A stretch of 64,000 nucleotides of DNA from Bacteroidales bacterium UBA5433 (GCA_002427525.1 DIRP01000002.1:16997-80996); one strand, 5' to 3'; shown: positions 36,823 to 47,666, counted from the first letter of the stretch. A program made the numbers and translations. Notes: generated by a model not told the origin, from the sequence alone.

Positions 36823-39800
36823 CAAAAGAAGAGGCGTTGTTGAATGGACAATGCACTACCATAAGATTGTCTTGCTTCTTGTTGCCTTTTTGGTAGTACT
36901 GGGCATTTTTGCTCTACCCAATATGCCAAAGAAAGAATACCCGGATTTTACCATAAGAAATGCCCTGGTACTGGGTATATATCCCGGGGCTTCCTCGGAA
37001 CAGGTAGAAGCACAGCTTACCATCCCTCTTGAAAAACATCTTCTTAGTTATAAGGGAGTTGACCGTGAAAAGACTTATTCAATTACCAGAGACGGTCTGG
37101 TATATTTTGTTTTGGATCTGAAGGAAAGCGAGAAATCTCCCCGTAACTTTTATGCTACCTTGAGAATAGATCTGGAAGAGTTCCAGATGCAGCTTCCCTC
37201 AGGCGTTTTACCCATTATGGTACTCAGTGAATTTGGAGAAACGTCAGCCATCCTCATTACATTGGAAAGCGAAGCTTTATCTTACGAAAATCTGGAAGAT
37301 TTGCTGAGTACACTGGAGGGACGTTTGAGTACCCTGCCCATTGTAACAAATCTTAAAAGTTACGGACACCAGAACGAGCAAGCCAACCTGTATCTTGATA
37401 AAGAGAAACTGGCTGCCTATGCCATCAATGCACAACAGGTGCTGGCACAGCTTTTTTCCGGAGGTTTTGTAACGTCAGCCGGCTCACTTAATTTAAGTAG
37501 CGGTCTTATTCCCATACACCTGTACAACTCATACCAGAGTGAAGAGGAAATACTGGAGCAACCCCTTTATTTTGATGAATCCGGCAATGTGCTGCGTGTC
37601 AAAGATCTGGGTTACATCCTGCATGAATATCCTGAACCGACAAGCTACATCACCAATAATGGTAAAAAATGCCTGCTTCTTTCTCTGGAAATGAGCTATG
37701 GATACAATATGGTTGAACTTGGAAAGCAGGTGGATACTATCTTGAAAGAATTTGAAAATGAATTGCCGGCAGATGTAGGTGTTTACCGTATTTCAGATCA
37801 GCCGCGTGTTGTTTCAGATTCCGTTTATTCTTTTTTAAGGGATATGCTCATTTCTGTCCTGACAGTAATAGCTGTCATGGTACTTATGCTGCCCATGAGG
37901 GTGGCTTCTGTAGCTGCTACGTCTATTCCTATAACTATATTCATCTCCCTTGGGATAATGTATGTTTTTGGTTTTGAGATAAATACGGTTACATTGGCTT
38001 CGCTTTTGGTAGTCCTTGGCATGGTAGTGGACGATAGCATTGTAGTCATTGACAATTACCTGAATTACCTGGATTACGGCATGAGCCGGTGGAAGGCATC
38101 TATAACAGCTGCCAATTCTTATTTCCGGTCCATCTTCTCGGCAACCATGGCTATAAGTATTACTTTTTTCCCTTTCCTTTTTACATTACCCGAGAATTTT
38201 GCTGAGTTTATATTCATGGCGCCCTGGGCCATATTTATTTCGTTAATGGTTTCCATGGGAGTAGCTATGTTATACATTCCTTATTTCCAATATTTTACTA
38301 TACGAAAAGGAATTCAACAGGTAGTTGAAAAACAAAGGCAGAAAAGCAAAAAAGGCATTTCTTTACTGGAATTGTTTGGTGTTTTCTATGAAAAATCCTT
38401 AAAAAAGGCTTTTGCACATCCTGTTGTTGTGGTAGTAACTGTTGTTTTGTTTTTGGTCCTTCCGGTTTTTGTTTACCAGAAGATGCCCAAACGGCTGATG
38501 CCCATGGCCGACAGAAATCAATTTGTTATAGAAATGTACCTGCCTTTTGGATCTTCGGTAAAAGAAACAGAAGTCGTTGCCGATTCGTTACGCAGGATGA
38601 TCCAGGAAGACGAACGGGTTCTTGCCGTTACTTCCTTTATTGGAACCAGTGCACCCAGGTTTCAGGGATCTTATGCCCCGCAGATACCGGGGCCACATTT
38701 TGGCCAGTTTATTGTAAATACCCCTTCTTCCAAAGCAACAGTACAACTTGTTAAAGAGTTCCAGAAGAAATACATACATTATTTTCCCGGAACATACGTT
38801 CGTGTAAGGCAGTTGGATTATTCCATGTTAACAGATAATGAAGTGGAAGTGAGGTTGATAGGAGAAGACAAAGACGCCCTTATACAGCTTGCAGATTCTT
38901 TGCAACATGTGATTGCCGGGATTCCCTACGTGGCTAATGTACGTTCCGATTTTGGCGGTTATCAGTATGGATTGAATTTGCAAGCAGATCCTGTGAGAGC
39001 TGCCCGTACCGGCATCAACCCCGGTTTGCTGTCTTTGAATCTGGCATCCAGGTTTGCAGGAATACCTGTTACTTCCCTTATACAGGATGGAAAGAGTATT
39101 CCGGTGGTACTGCATATTGACGGACAAGAAGGAACTATTGCGCCGGAAACTCTGGGTAATGAATATTTTCAGGGAATTGTTCCGGGAGCCGGTGTCCCGC
39201 TCAGACAAATTGCAGATCTGGAACCGGAATGGAATATTTCCCAGATTGTCAGAAGAAACGGATATCCCACACTTACGTTGATGGTAGATCTGGATCACGG
39301 AAGGGTGTCAACGGATGTATTTGATCGTGTAGTAGAGGTTATGGAGCATACTATAATTCCAGATGGAGTCCGTTATGAATACGCAGGAACATATAAGGCA
39401 GATAAAGATATGATGCCCGGGATTATGCAAGGCGTGGGTATTGCTGTTTTTCTTATTTTTCTAATCCTTCTTTTCCATTTCAAAAAAGTATCCTTGGCGG
39501 TTATGGTTTTGGGCTCTACAACACTGAGTGTTTTGGGGGCTCTTGTAGGAACGTGGATCATGAACCTGCACATTAGCCTGACAACTTATCTGGGGTTGGT
39601 TACGCTGATAGGTCTTGTTGTAAAAAACGGTATCATTATGTTTGATTATGCAGAATTATTAAGGCTCAAAGGGTATTCGGTTAAAGAGGCAGCCTATATG
39701 GCCGGTTGCAGGCGTATAAGGCCTATTTTTCAAACGTCTGCATCAACAGCTGTAGCTGTCATACCTATGTTGGTTACAAGGGATTCTTTATGGGCTCCTA

Positions 39801-39940
39801 TGGCCGCAACTATTTTCTTTGGAATCTTAACCTCTATGTTCTTTGTTTCTCTTTTTATGCCGGTTATTTATTGGCTGGTTTATAGAAAACAGGATGCATT
39901 AAAAAAAATCAAAGAACCAAAAAACAGGATATTGCCATGA
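36815..39940 (+). CDS. RND efflux transporter permease (AcrB/AcrD/AcrF family)
   Basis: YPGASSEQVE, GMVVDDSIVV, VKNGII, RRIRPI; 1041 aa. Confidence 0.95.
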   Translation: MSNKRRGVVEWTMHYHKIVLLLVAFLVVLGIFALPNMPKKEYPDFTIRNALVLGIYPGASSEQVEAQLTIPLEKHLLSYKGVDREKTYSITRDGLVYFVLDLKESEKSPRNFYATLRIDLEEFQMQLPSGVLPIMVLSEFGETSAILITLESEALSYENLEDLLSTLEGRLSTLPIVTNLKSYGHQNEQANLYLDKEKLAAYAINAQQVLAQLFSGGFVTSAGSLNLSSGLIPIHLYNSYQSEEEILEQPLYFDESGNVLRVKDLGYILHEYPEPTSYITNNGKKCLLLSLEMSYGYNMVELGKQVDTILKEFENELPADVGVYRISDQPRVVSDSVYSFLRDMLISVLTVIAVMVLMLPMRVASVAATSIPITIFISLGIMYVFGFEINTVTLASLLVVLGMVVDDSIVVIDNYLNYLDYGMSRWKASITAANSYFRSIFSATMAISITFFPFLFTLPENFAEFIFMAPWAIFISLMVSMGVAMLYIPYFQYFTIRKGIQQVVEKQRQKSKKGISLLELFGVFYEKSLKKAFAHPVVVVVTVVLFLVLPVFVYQKMPKRLMPMADRNQFVIEMYLPFGSSVKETEVVADSLRRMIQEDERVLAVTSFIGTSAPRFQGSYAPQIPGPHFGQFIVNTPSSKATVQLVKEFQKKYIHYFPGTYVRVRQLDYSMLTDNEVEVRLIGEDKDALIQLADSLQHVIAGIPYVANVRSDFGGYQYGLNLQADPVRAARTGINPGLLSLNLASRFAGIPVTSLIQDGKSIPVVLHIDGQEGTIAPETLGNEYFQGIVPGAGVPLRQIADLEPEWNISQIVRRNGYPTLTLMVDLDHGRVSTDVFDRVVEVMEHTIIPDGVRYEYAGTYKADKDMMPGIMQGVGIAVFLIFLILLFHFKKVSLAVMVLGSTTLSVLGALVGTWIMNLHISLTTYLGLVTLIGLVVKNGIIMFDYAELLRLKGYSVKEAAYMAGCRRIRPIFQTSASTAVAVIPMLVTRDSLWAPMAATIFFGILTSMFFVSLFMPVIYWLVYRKQDALKKIKEPKNRILP

Positions 39941-41217
39941 GGAAAGCACTTTATATCTTATTCCTGGTTTGTTTTCCGGCTTTGCAATACCTCCATGCCC
40001 AACCCTATACCCTGGAAGATTGTCGGAGGATAGCTCTTGAAAGAAATGCCATGGTACAGGAAGTCAAGCTGGGCGAAGAAGTGGCAAAGCAAACAAGAAA
40101 CCAGGCCATTACGTATTATTTTCCCGATATTTCCCTTATGGGATTTGGTTTTCAGGCATCCAACCCCATGATGAATATTGATCTTGGGATGTTGGGAAAT
40201 ATGGCTTTGCTGAAAGACGGAATTTTGGCAAGTGCTGTGGCTGTTCAGCCGGTATTTACAGGTGGTAAGATATTGTATGGAAACAAATTGGCTAAAACCG
40301 GGATCTTTGCCAGTGAGCTTTTTACTGCCATGAAGCAGGATGAGGTGCTGGCACAAACAGAAGAATACTACTGGTTGTTGTACTCTTTGTATGAAAAACA
40401 AAATACCGTTTCGAGTATGAAACAGGTATTGGATACCCTTACCAAAGACGTGCAACAGGCTTACAAAGCAGGAGTACTGGGACAGCATGAAGTATTAAAG
40501 GTTCAGCTTCAAAAAAATACGCTTGAGAATAAAAACGTAGAATTGGAAAACGGGATTTTTCTGGCAACTATGGCTTTGGCTCATCAGATGGGGTTGCCGG
40601 TAGATTCTCTGGACGGGTTCCGGCTGCATTTTCCGTCAGACTTACAGGTACGTGATCCTATGGAATTGTATGCAGACCCTGCGTCTGTAATTGCCTCCAG
40701 AACAGAATACAAATTGTTGCAAACAGGAGTACGCGCTGCAGAGCTGGAAACAAAAATGGAACGCTCGGCTTACTTGCCCAAAGTAGGAGTTGGTGCTATG
40801 TACTATTATGAGAATTTATTGGACAAAAACAATTGGAACGGTGCTGTTATGGCAGCCGTTCAGGTTCCAATTTCCAGTTGGGGCAGGGGGTCGTTTGCCA
40901 TCCGTCAGAAAAAGATTGAAGAAAAACGTGCCCGTATCCGTGAAGAAGACGGGCATCAACAACTGCTCATGCAAATACAGCAGGCCTGGGGGACGTATGT
41001 AGAAGCCTACTTGAAATACGAGTTGGCAGAACTGGCCGTTTCAGCCTCTGAAGAAAATGCCAGAATTAACGAACAATACTTCAAAGCCGGAACAGTTAAT
41101 CTTACGGAATTATTAGCTGCACGAGGAGGACTTCAACAAAGCCGGGATAATAAGACAGATGCCCTGAAAGATTACCAACTGGCTAAGAGTAAGTATTTGC
41201 AGGTAACAGGCCGTTAA
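39937..41217 (+). CDS. TolC-family outer-membrane efflux protein
   Basis: TLEDCRRIALERN, QPVFTGG, duplicated OEP repeats; third gene of the RND operon. Confidence 0.92.
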   Translation: MRKALYILFLVCFPALQYLHAQPYTLEDCRRIALERNAMVQEVKLGEEVAKQTRNQAITYYFPDISLMGFGFQASNPMMNIDLGMLGNMALLKDGILASAVAVQPVFTGGKILYGNKLAKTGIFASELFTAMKQDEVLAQTEEYYWLLYSLYEKQNTVSSMKQVLDTLTKDVQQAYKAGVLGQHEVLKVQLQKNTLENKNVELENGIFLATMALAHQMGLPVDSLDGFRLHFPSDLQVRDPMELYADPASVIASRTEYKLLQTGVRAAELETKMERSAYLPKVGVGAMYYYENLLDKNNWNGAVMAAVQVPISSWGRGSFAIRQKKIEEKRARIREEDGHQQLLMQIQQAWGTYVEAYLKYELAELAVSASEENARINEQYFKAGTVNLTELLAARGGLQQSRDNKTDALKDYQLAKSKYLQVTGR

Positions 41218-41253
41218 GGTTTTACACGAAATCTGTTAAGGATCTACACGAAA
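41213..41253 (+). repeat. Imperfect 19-bp direct repeat at the convergent tolC / hypothetical-gene junction
   Basis: GTTAAGGTTTTACACGAAA at 41213 and GTTAAGGATCTACACGAAA at 41235 (2 mismatches); each copy overlaps one stop codon. Confidence 0.7.
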
Positions 41254-42933
41254 CACTTGTTGCGTACGAAACGGTACGCCTTCTTTGCTCATGCCTTCCG
41301 CCACAACAACAAAGGTTCCCGTAGTCTCTGCCGTTTTCAGCAACAGGGTTACTGATTCATTGGCATGCAAATCTACACGGGGATTCCAGTACAAGGTATG
41401 GCGCAGGTCCGGTAAGCGGCTTCCTTCAGGTACCACCCCAAAAGTCCGCGGATGTTGTACGCCCTGGAAATCCTGAATTCGCATAGATTCTTCCAGCTCA
41501 AGCTCGGGGAAGTCTCCCCGGTACGTTTTCAGGAAAATGATTCCGTTATAGTAAATCGGACCAAAAGCATATTTATCGGGATAAATGGTAATTTCTTTAA
41601 CCAGACTGGGAGGGTAATTGTATATCTTGTTGTGGTTTGGAACCGGTATCCCATCCAGTAAAACCAGGGGAGGCGTAGGATCTTCCACTTCAAAAGCAAC
41701 TCCGTGAGCATCCCGCAAACGTACTTGCAGTTTTCGTTCTCCTTTAACAGTACGGAAACGAACTTCCTGAATGAATTCTACCACAACTTCTGCCATCGTA
41801 GGGAAACGTGTATATTCGTCCAGCTTGTAAACTATTCCAGAGTTTTCAAAAAGAAGGTTGTTTTCATAGGGTATAACAGGAGATAACGTATCCATCCGGA
41901 AAGTCTGGTATACCTGTACAGCCAGACTTCTGTCCGTTAAAATACCTGCTTGTTTTTCATCCAGGCTCAAAGTGGGCAGTTCTTCTACAGTTGGATGCAG
42001 GTAAATGGAATCCAGCACAAGATGGTATTTTTTTTCGGTAAGCGAGGGCACATGGCTTACCAAAGTACCGTTGCCGTGCAGGTTGGAAGTAAAAAACCTG
42101 ACCTTTCCGTTTTCTCTTATTTCTCCTGTGAAATATTGGATTTCACTGCCTGCAATAGATAAATACGTACCAAACCCTTCTACATAGGGTGTTGGTACGT
42201 TGTTTTCATCTACAATATGTCCGTGAATCACTTCACCTGTATAATCAACCCTGTGGAACTTAAAATCTGATGTTTGTTCATGCAAAGTGCTATCAACAAC
42301 AGTTGTTATAGACGGGTTTTTATGGTAGTTCAGGCCGTCTGCGTGAAAAACCGAAACAGAAGCAGACACAAAATCCGGTAACAGATTTTTCAGAGTAAGC
42401 TTAACTTCCTGTTGCGTTTTAAACTGTTTTTTGTTTGTAGAAATCTGAAACAATTTACTTTCTTCATCCTGCATATCATATGATGCGGTAACTTCTTCCT
42501 GTTCCTTGCCAATGGCAGTCACATTATCTGAACGGATCGATGACAAAGGGTTGTAGATAGTAAGGTACTTTGAATAGTAATTCAATGCATTTTCGGAATA
42601 CATATAGCGTGTATATCCCGTAAGCCTGTAAATACCGGTAGGCAATGTTGCGGGTAAGAGAACCATGCCGTTGCCACGGCCTTTTTTCAAAGCAATCTTG
42701 GATTGTACCAGGGAACTTGTGAGGTTTTGAATTTCCAGGTATGCAACTGCACTAACAGCAGAAGGTTTTCCTGTTGTCGCGTCGTAGCAAAAAGCTGAAA
42801 CCCATAAAGGTTCTCCGGCAAGGTAGCATTCTTTATCCGTACTCAGGTAAAGGCGTTCATGTGGTATGTCCGTTTGTGCAACCAGTGAAGAACCCTGAAG
42901 AATAAATAAAATAGGTATAAGGATACGTTTCAT
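41236..42933 (-). CDS. Exported MG2-like/TonB-plug-containing hypothetical protein
   Basis: N-terminal ERLYLSTDK..Y..GE.LW, TGIYRLTGYT; plug-like PLVLLDG; C-terminal PDLRHTLYWNP, typical of Bacteroidetes proteins next to DUF4249. Confidence 0.65.
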   Translation of the reverse strand: MKRILIPILFILQGSSLVAQTDIPHERLYLSTDKECYLAGEPLWVSAFCYDATTGKPSAVSAVAYLEIQNLTSSLVQSKIALKKGRGNGMVLLPATLPTGIYRLTGYTRYMYSENALNYYSKYLTIYNPLSSIRSDNVTAIGKEQEEVTASYDMQDEESKLFQISTNKKQFKTQQEVKLTLKNLLPDFVSASVSVFHADGLNYHKNPSITTVVDSTLHEQTSDFKFHRVDYTGEVIHGHIVDENNVPTPYVEGFGTYLSIAGSEIQYFTGEIRENGKVRFFTSNLHGNGTLVSHVPSLTEKKYHLVLDSIYLHPTVEELPTLSLDEKQAGILTDRSLAVQVYQTFRMDTLSPVIPYENNLLFENSGIVYKLDEYTRFPTMAEVVVEFIQEVRFRTVKGERKLQVRLRDAHGVAFEVEDPTPPLVLLDGIPVPNHNKIYNYPPSLVKEITIYPDKYAFGPIYYNGIIFLKTYRGDFPELELEESMRIQDFQGVQHPRTFGVVPEGSRLPDLRHTLYWNPRVDLHANESVTLLLKTAETTGTFVVVAEGMSKEGVPFRTQQVFRVDP

Positions 42934-42944
42934 ATCAAGTACAT

Positions 42945-44126
42945 TCAATACCGCGGCCATTCTGCAGGCCAGAAAGAGGGTATATTTATAGTTCCGCCCT
43001 TACTCCGGCAATCAATGCACCGTGTAAGGTTCCAGTAGCTGGCCTTGGCCAGGGGATCAACCAAATAAGGCGAGTATCCTTCTTGTTTCAGACGGGCCAG
43101 GCTTTGTGCACTTGCACTTAGCGGCATAAGGGTATCTTCCGGCAACCTTTCACGCGGGTACCCCGGAAGGCCCATACAGGAAATAAAGAGTCTTTTACTA
43201 ACTGAATTGCATACAGAAACAAAGCCAATCGCCCGGACAGAAGGATCAGATACACAACGGATGTTGCCGCTTATTTCATTGGGTTGCGGAGAGAAAAGAT
43301 CTCCAATGTCGTTCGAATTCTTTTTCATATTCTGCATATAAGCATAGGCGTCCCGGTCAAGTACCGTCTGAATTACTTCAATGGAATAGTGCTGCGTAAT
43401 ACGAATATCTCTGAAATTAATGGTGTGTAACACTAGGTCATTGATCCGGTCTTCGGAAAGGGATGATGTTTCTACAAGGAGAATCTCTGAAGATTCCCTG
43501 TTGTCCCAGCAACGGTACATCCAGGGCCTGAAGTCTTCTGTTTCCTTGACTATATTGTTATCCAGAAAAGCCAAAGACATAATTTGGGAAACATAATCCC
43601 ATGATTCCCTGAACTTCCAGTTGTAATGTGTAGATTCTCCTGAAATATCATAGGTGTCAACATAGATTATTAATTTCTCCTGTAAGGTATCTATTTTGTA
43701 ATGAAGTTCCATACTGCTGCTGTGCCTGGCTTTTCTAAAATCAGACTCATAGGTAGTTCCGTCTTGCAATTCAATAACAAGCTGGTATTCGCTCTGCAGA
43801 TCGGGAGATTGATCAGAAAAATCAAAATGGTATTCTCCATAAGCTGAATGGGATTCAGAAGTATAGACAGTCCCATACCTATCCCTCACATACACCAGTG
43901 CGTTGCGTTCGTAGTGAATAGATCCGGGACTTGAACTTGTTGTGGGGAGGGCTGCGCTGCGGGTAATCTGGATGTCAAAGGGACCGGTGATGGAAATGTT
44001 TCCTTCAACTACCAGGATTCCTTCTTTGTTAAGCAATTCCCCGGGTTCATAGGGAACAATGCAGGATACAGCCAACAGTGCCGGAAAAACAATACCAAGT
44101 ATTTTTAACAAGTATTTTTTGTACAT
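42945..44126 (-). CDS. DUF4249-family lipoprotein
   Basis: Lipobox AVSC, LVVEGNI, LFSPQP..ISGNI, AIGFV, CIDCR..GGT...PSFWP. Confidence 0.75.
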   Translation of the reverse strand: MYKKYLLKILGIVFPALLAVSCIVPYEPGELLNKEGILVVEGNISITGPFDIQITRSAALPTTSSSPGSIHYERNALVYVRDRYGTVYTSESHSAYGEYHFDFSDQSPDLQSEYQLVIELQDGTTYESDFRKARHSSSMELHYKIDTLQEKLIIYVDTYDISGESTHYNWKFRESWDYVSQIMSLAFLDNNIVKETEDFRPWMYRCWDNRESSEILLVETSSLSEDRINDLVLHTINFRDIRITQHYSIEVIQTVLDRDAYAYMQNMKKNSNDIGDLFSPQPNEISGNIRCVSDPSVRAIGFVSVCNSVSKRLFISCMGLPGYPRERLPEDTLMPLSASAQSLARLKQEGYSPYLVDPLAKASYWNLTRCIDCRSKGGTINIPSFWPAEWPRY

Positions 44127-44131
44127 AAAGA

Positions 44132-46894
44132 TCAAAACTTAATATTGTAAGTAACATAAGGTATGGGACAACCAAAAATAGAGAGCATATATGATCTTAC
44201 CGTATTGTTTTCTGTCTTGAAAAATACAGAATATGGATTTTTTCGCCCGGTAACATTATAAACTCCAATAGTGATAGAACTATGTGTAAGCAAAGTCAGT
44301 TTATGAGAGGGTTCAATGTTGAAAGCAATATCCAGACGGAAGTAATCAGGTATGCGGTGTGCATTTCGGTCACTATACAGCAGCCTCCATCCACCCGCAT
44401 AATAATACGTTCCAACAGGCATGGTTATGGGCCTTCCCGTACTGTAATCCAGGTTCATGGACAAGCTGAAGCGGTGGGTAAATTTGAAATTTCCTACAAA
44501 TTTCAGGTCGTGAGGCTTGTCATAAGGTGCAGGGTACCAGTTACCTCCGTTAACGGGGTCCTGTATGGAGGGATCGCTCTGACACAATTCTGTACGGGAA
44601 TAAGTATAGGATAGCCATCCGTTAAGCCTGCCTGCAGAACGTTTGATCATCAGTTCTATACCATAGGCTCTTCCTTGTGTTTCAATTACATCTGTTTCTA
44701 TATGATGGTTCATCAGCAACTTGGCAGAAGGAGCATAATCCAGGTAGCGGTCCATTTCTTTGTAATAACCTTCCAAAGATACTTCCACTGTATTGTTATA
44801 TATGTTTTTATATAAGCCAAGTGCTGTTTGCCAGCCTTTTTGCGGACGGATATTGGCATCTGACAGTTTCCATATATCGGTAGGGGAGATTACGGTGGTA
44901 TTGGATAACATATGAATGTTTTGCCTCATGCTGTTGAATCCGGCTTTGATTGAAAAATCTCCTGTAAAAGCATACCGGGCAGAAATCCTGAACTCCGGAG
45001 CATGGTAGGGAGCTACCATTTTTCCGCTTCCCAGAGAAAGGCTGTCTGTACGGGTTTCTTTTGATTTAGGGACATCCGGTGCATAGGTATAATAGTCCTT
45101 GGGACCTAATGCGGTATAAAAACCATAACGGATTCCTGCCTCAATAGAAAATTCAGGTGTTATTTCCCACGTATCTCCAAGATAAACAGCAGTCTCTACA
45201 GCACGCTCTCTTTGCAACATATCGGGAACAACCAATGACCTGTTATCCAGTGGCAGGAAAGAGCCGGGGTCAAGGAAATAGTACAAGGCATTAAGACCGT
45301 AGTTCAGCGTGTGACCTCCACCGGGTTTTGTGGTAAAATCTGCTTTCAGGCTGGTCTGTTGCAATGAAAAGGACATGTTGTATCCCATTCCAATGTTGGT
45401 GCTGTCCAGCGTATGGTAATTGTATTTGTCGTATGTACCGGAAAGTACCATATTTGTATGGTCGCGCAGTACACTGCGGTAGCGGACAGAGGTGTTAATA
45501 TTCTGGTAACGGTAAGAAACTTGCGGGTCAAATGAAAAATTATCTCTTGAGAAATACCCATTTACAAACAACTGATTTTTGTTGTCAAATCTGTGTGAAA
45601 CGCCCAGATTCAGATCGTAAAAATTAGCCGTGCCGTTGTTGTAGCCGCTTCCTTCCGGGATTAGCTTCATAAGCCAGTCCGAGTATGTTGTACGTCCTGC
45701 CAGTAAAACAGAAGTCCTGTCTTTTACAATGGGACCTTCCAGAGTAAATTTTGTTGTCAGCAAACCAATTCCGGCCGATCCGGTAAAATTGTTTTTATTC
45801 CCTTCTCTGGTATTTACTTCCAATACAGAAGAAATACGGCCTCCGTACCTTACAGGAATGGAACTCTTGTAAAGTTCCAGGTTGCTGATTACGTCGTTGT
45901 TAAACAAAGAGAAAAGACCAAAAAGATGCGACGAGTTGTAAATCGTTCCCTGATTGTAAAGCACCAGATTTTGATCCGTGGCACCACCCCTGACGTTAAA
46001 ACCTCCGGATGCTTCGCCAACCGATTTCACTCCCGGAAGCGTCAGCACTGCCTTGATTACGTCAGCCTCGCCAAAAGCCATAGGTATGTGACGGATCCTG
46101 TCTGCCCGTACGCGTTCCAATCCCAGGCGTACGTTTCGGACGTTTTCCATTTTTTCTGCAGAGATGACAATACCTTGCAACGAGAAAACTTCTTCTTCTA
46201 TGTTCAGATCCAGCGACCCTTCTGAAAAGACACGTACGTACCTATGGGAATCTTTGTAGCCAAATCCTCTGATATGTAGCGTATTGTATCCTCTGGGCAA
46301 GGTTAGCGAATAGAACCCATACGTATCTGACATGGTATAGTGTTTTTTGTCCTCTGTCATGACAGTCATTCCGGATACAGGTTCTCCGTTCACATGGTCC
46401 CGGATGTATCCGGTGATTCGAACAATACCTTCTGTCCCTGAGAGTTCCGGGTTTCCCAGTGTGTACAGGCGGTTCTCAGAGTCGGCCGTTATTTTTTCTT
46501 CCTGTACCATCAGCGACAATTCTTCTTCTTTGTGCCTGCCGTTTTCCAACGAATCCTTAAAAAAGGCCTGGTGTATTTCTTGTTGGAGGTTGCCTTTAAG
46601 TATGAGCCATTTGGTACCACCTATGTGGTAAAAAGAAAACCCGTTCTTATGTAATTCCTTTTCCAGAACATCAAGCGCCTTGTGTTTTTCTGCCTGCAGG
46701 TTTAGGAGCAACGTATCTGTTTGTGAAGGGGCAAAATAAAAGCGAACAGGCAGTTGTTTTTCCAATGTGTTAACAATAGAATCCAGGGTGGAAAAACGGA
46801 AATTGTACGTTTCCTGCGCAAAGACCTGATGGGGAATGAGCCATGTAATGATCAGCAAGAAAGAAATGGTTAAAGTGCTTTTCTTCAGTATCAT
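44132..46894 (-). CDS. TonB-dependent outer-membrane receptor
   Basis: Carboxypeptidase-like regulatory domain, plug GEADVIK...PGV...NVRGG..DQNL, barrel with YNVTGRKN, C-terminal aromatic YNIKF. Confidence 0.92.
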   Translation of the reverse strand: MILKKSTLTISFLLIITWLIPHQVFAQETYNFRFSTLDSIVNTLEKQLPVRFYFAPSQTDTLLLNLQAEKHKALDVLEKELHKNGFSFYHIGGTKWLILKGNLQQEIHQAFFKDSLENGRHKEEELSLMVQEEKITADSENRLYTLGNPELSGTEGIVRITGYIRDHVNGEPVSGMTVMTEDKKHYTMSDTYGFYSLTLPRGYNTLHIRGFGYKDSHRYVRVFSEGSLDLNIEEEVFSLQGIVISAEKMENVRNVRLGLERVRADRIRHIPMAFGEADVIKAVLTLPGVKSVGEASGGFNVRGGATDQNLVLYNQGTIYNSSHLFGLFSLFNNDVISNLELYKSSIPVRYGGRISSVLEVNTREGNKNNFTGSAGIGLLTTKFTLEGPIVKDRTSVLLAGRTTYSDWLMKLIPEGSGYNNGTANFYDLNLGVSHRFDNKNQLFVNGYFSRDNFSFDPQVSYRYQNINTSVRYRSVLRDHTNMVLSGTYDKYNYHTLDSTNIGMGYNMSFSLQQTSLKADFTTKPGGGHTLNYGLNALYYFLDPGSFLPLDNRSLVVPDMLQRERAVETAVYLGDTWEITPEFSIEAGIRYGFYTALGPKDYYTYAPDVPKSKETRTDSLSLGSGKMVAPYHAPEFRISARYAFTGDFSIKAGFNSMRQNIHMLSNTTVISPTDIWKLSDANIRPQKGWQTALGLYKNIYNNTVEVSLEGYYKEMDRYLDYAPSAKLLMNHHIETDVIETQGRAYGIELMIKRSAGRLNGWLSYTYSRTELCQSDPSIQDPVNGGNWYPAPYDKPHDLKFVGNFKFTHRFSLSMNLDYSTGRPITMPVGTYYYAGGWRLLYSDRNAHRIPDYFRLDIAFNIEPSHKLTLLTHSSITIGVYNVTGRKNPYSVFFKTENNTVRSYMLSIFGCPIPYVTYNIKF

Positions 46895-47616
46895 GGCATA
46901 ATGTTTTTTTCATAGAACGCTGCACACAATGCATAAGAAACCTCTTTTTCTTCTGCTGAAAACTTAAGTTTATTTTCTCTTATAAAATGGTTGATTACAG
47001 AGCGCTTGTTCCTAAAAATCTTTAAAAAAGAAGATTTCCCTTTAAGCGAATGGAAGACTCCATTCCACAGAAGGTAGTAGTAATTGCTTTCAGAAAAAAC
47101 ATGCGATGCCTTTGACTCACTTGCCGCTGTTGTGTTGTTCATTCTTTTTATAGTCTTTTTGAGAATGGATATATCCTTACCAGAATACAAAACACGGTAG
47201 TAACCTTCGTCAGGAGCCTGCGGCCAATTTTCTTTCTTGATTTGAATGAATTCTTTATCGCCCAGAGTAAATGATGTAACATGTTGTTTCAACAGGATAG
47301 AGCTTGTATAATATTGGGGCATTCTGATATAGAGCTCATCAAGATGGGCATTAAGATTCAACAGAACCCCGGTGTAGAATTTACCATTATACTCAACTGA
47401 ACCTTCTGAATATTTCTCAGATTCTAAATAATATGTTCCTTCATACAGCTGCTTGTAGGCAGGAGGAATCTTTCCATTGTACAAGGGTGCATGGCCACCA
47501 CTTTGTTCCAGGTAGTATTTTACTACAGGGATGCAATTTTGTGCACCTAACCCGGGTGCAGTTATAGCGGCAATTAAAAGAAGGATTGGGATTGTTCTGG
47601 AGGCGGTACGGATCAT
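46891..47616 (-). CDS. Exported hypothetical protein, first gene of the TonB-receptor operon
   Basis: Signal peptide; LYNG..., GSVEYNG..Y..VLL; 4-bp overlap with the receptor gene. A -7 box at 47645-47638 favours ATG 47616. Confidence 0.65.
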   Translation of the reverse strand: MIRTASRTIPILLLIAAITAPGLGAQNCIPVVKYYLEQSGGHAPLYNGKIPPAYKQLYEGTYYLESEKYSEGSVEYNGKFYTGVLLNLNAHLDELYIRMPQYYTSSILLKQHVTSFTLGDKEFIQIKKENWPQAPDEGYYRVLYSGKDISILKKTIKRMNNTTAASESKASHVFSESNYYYLLWNGVFHSLKGKSSFLKIFRNKRSVINHFIRENKLKFSAEEKEVSYALCAAFYEKNIMP

Positions 47617-47637
47617 GCTAACTTTTATTATGAAGGA

Positions 47638-47666
47638 CAAAAGTAGCCAAAAAGATTGTACATTTG
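47638..47666. promoter_or_regulatory. Divergent -7 promoter boxes
   Basis: TACTTTTG on minus (47645-47638) and TACATTTG on plus (47659-47666). Confidence 0.55.
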
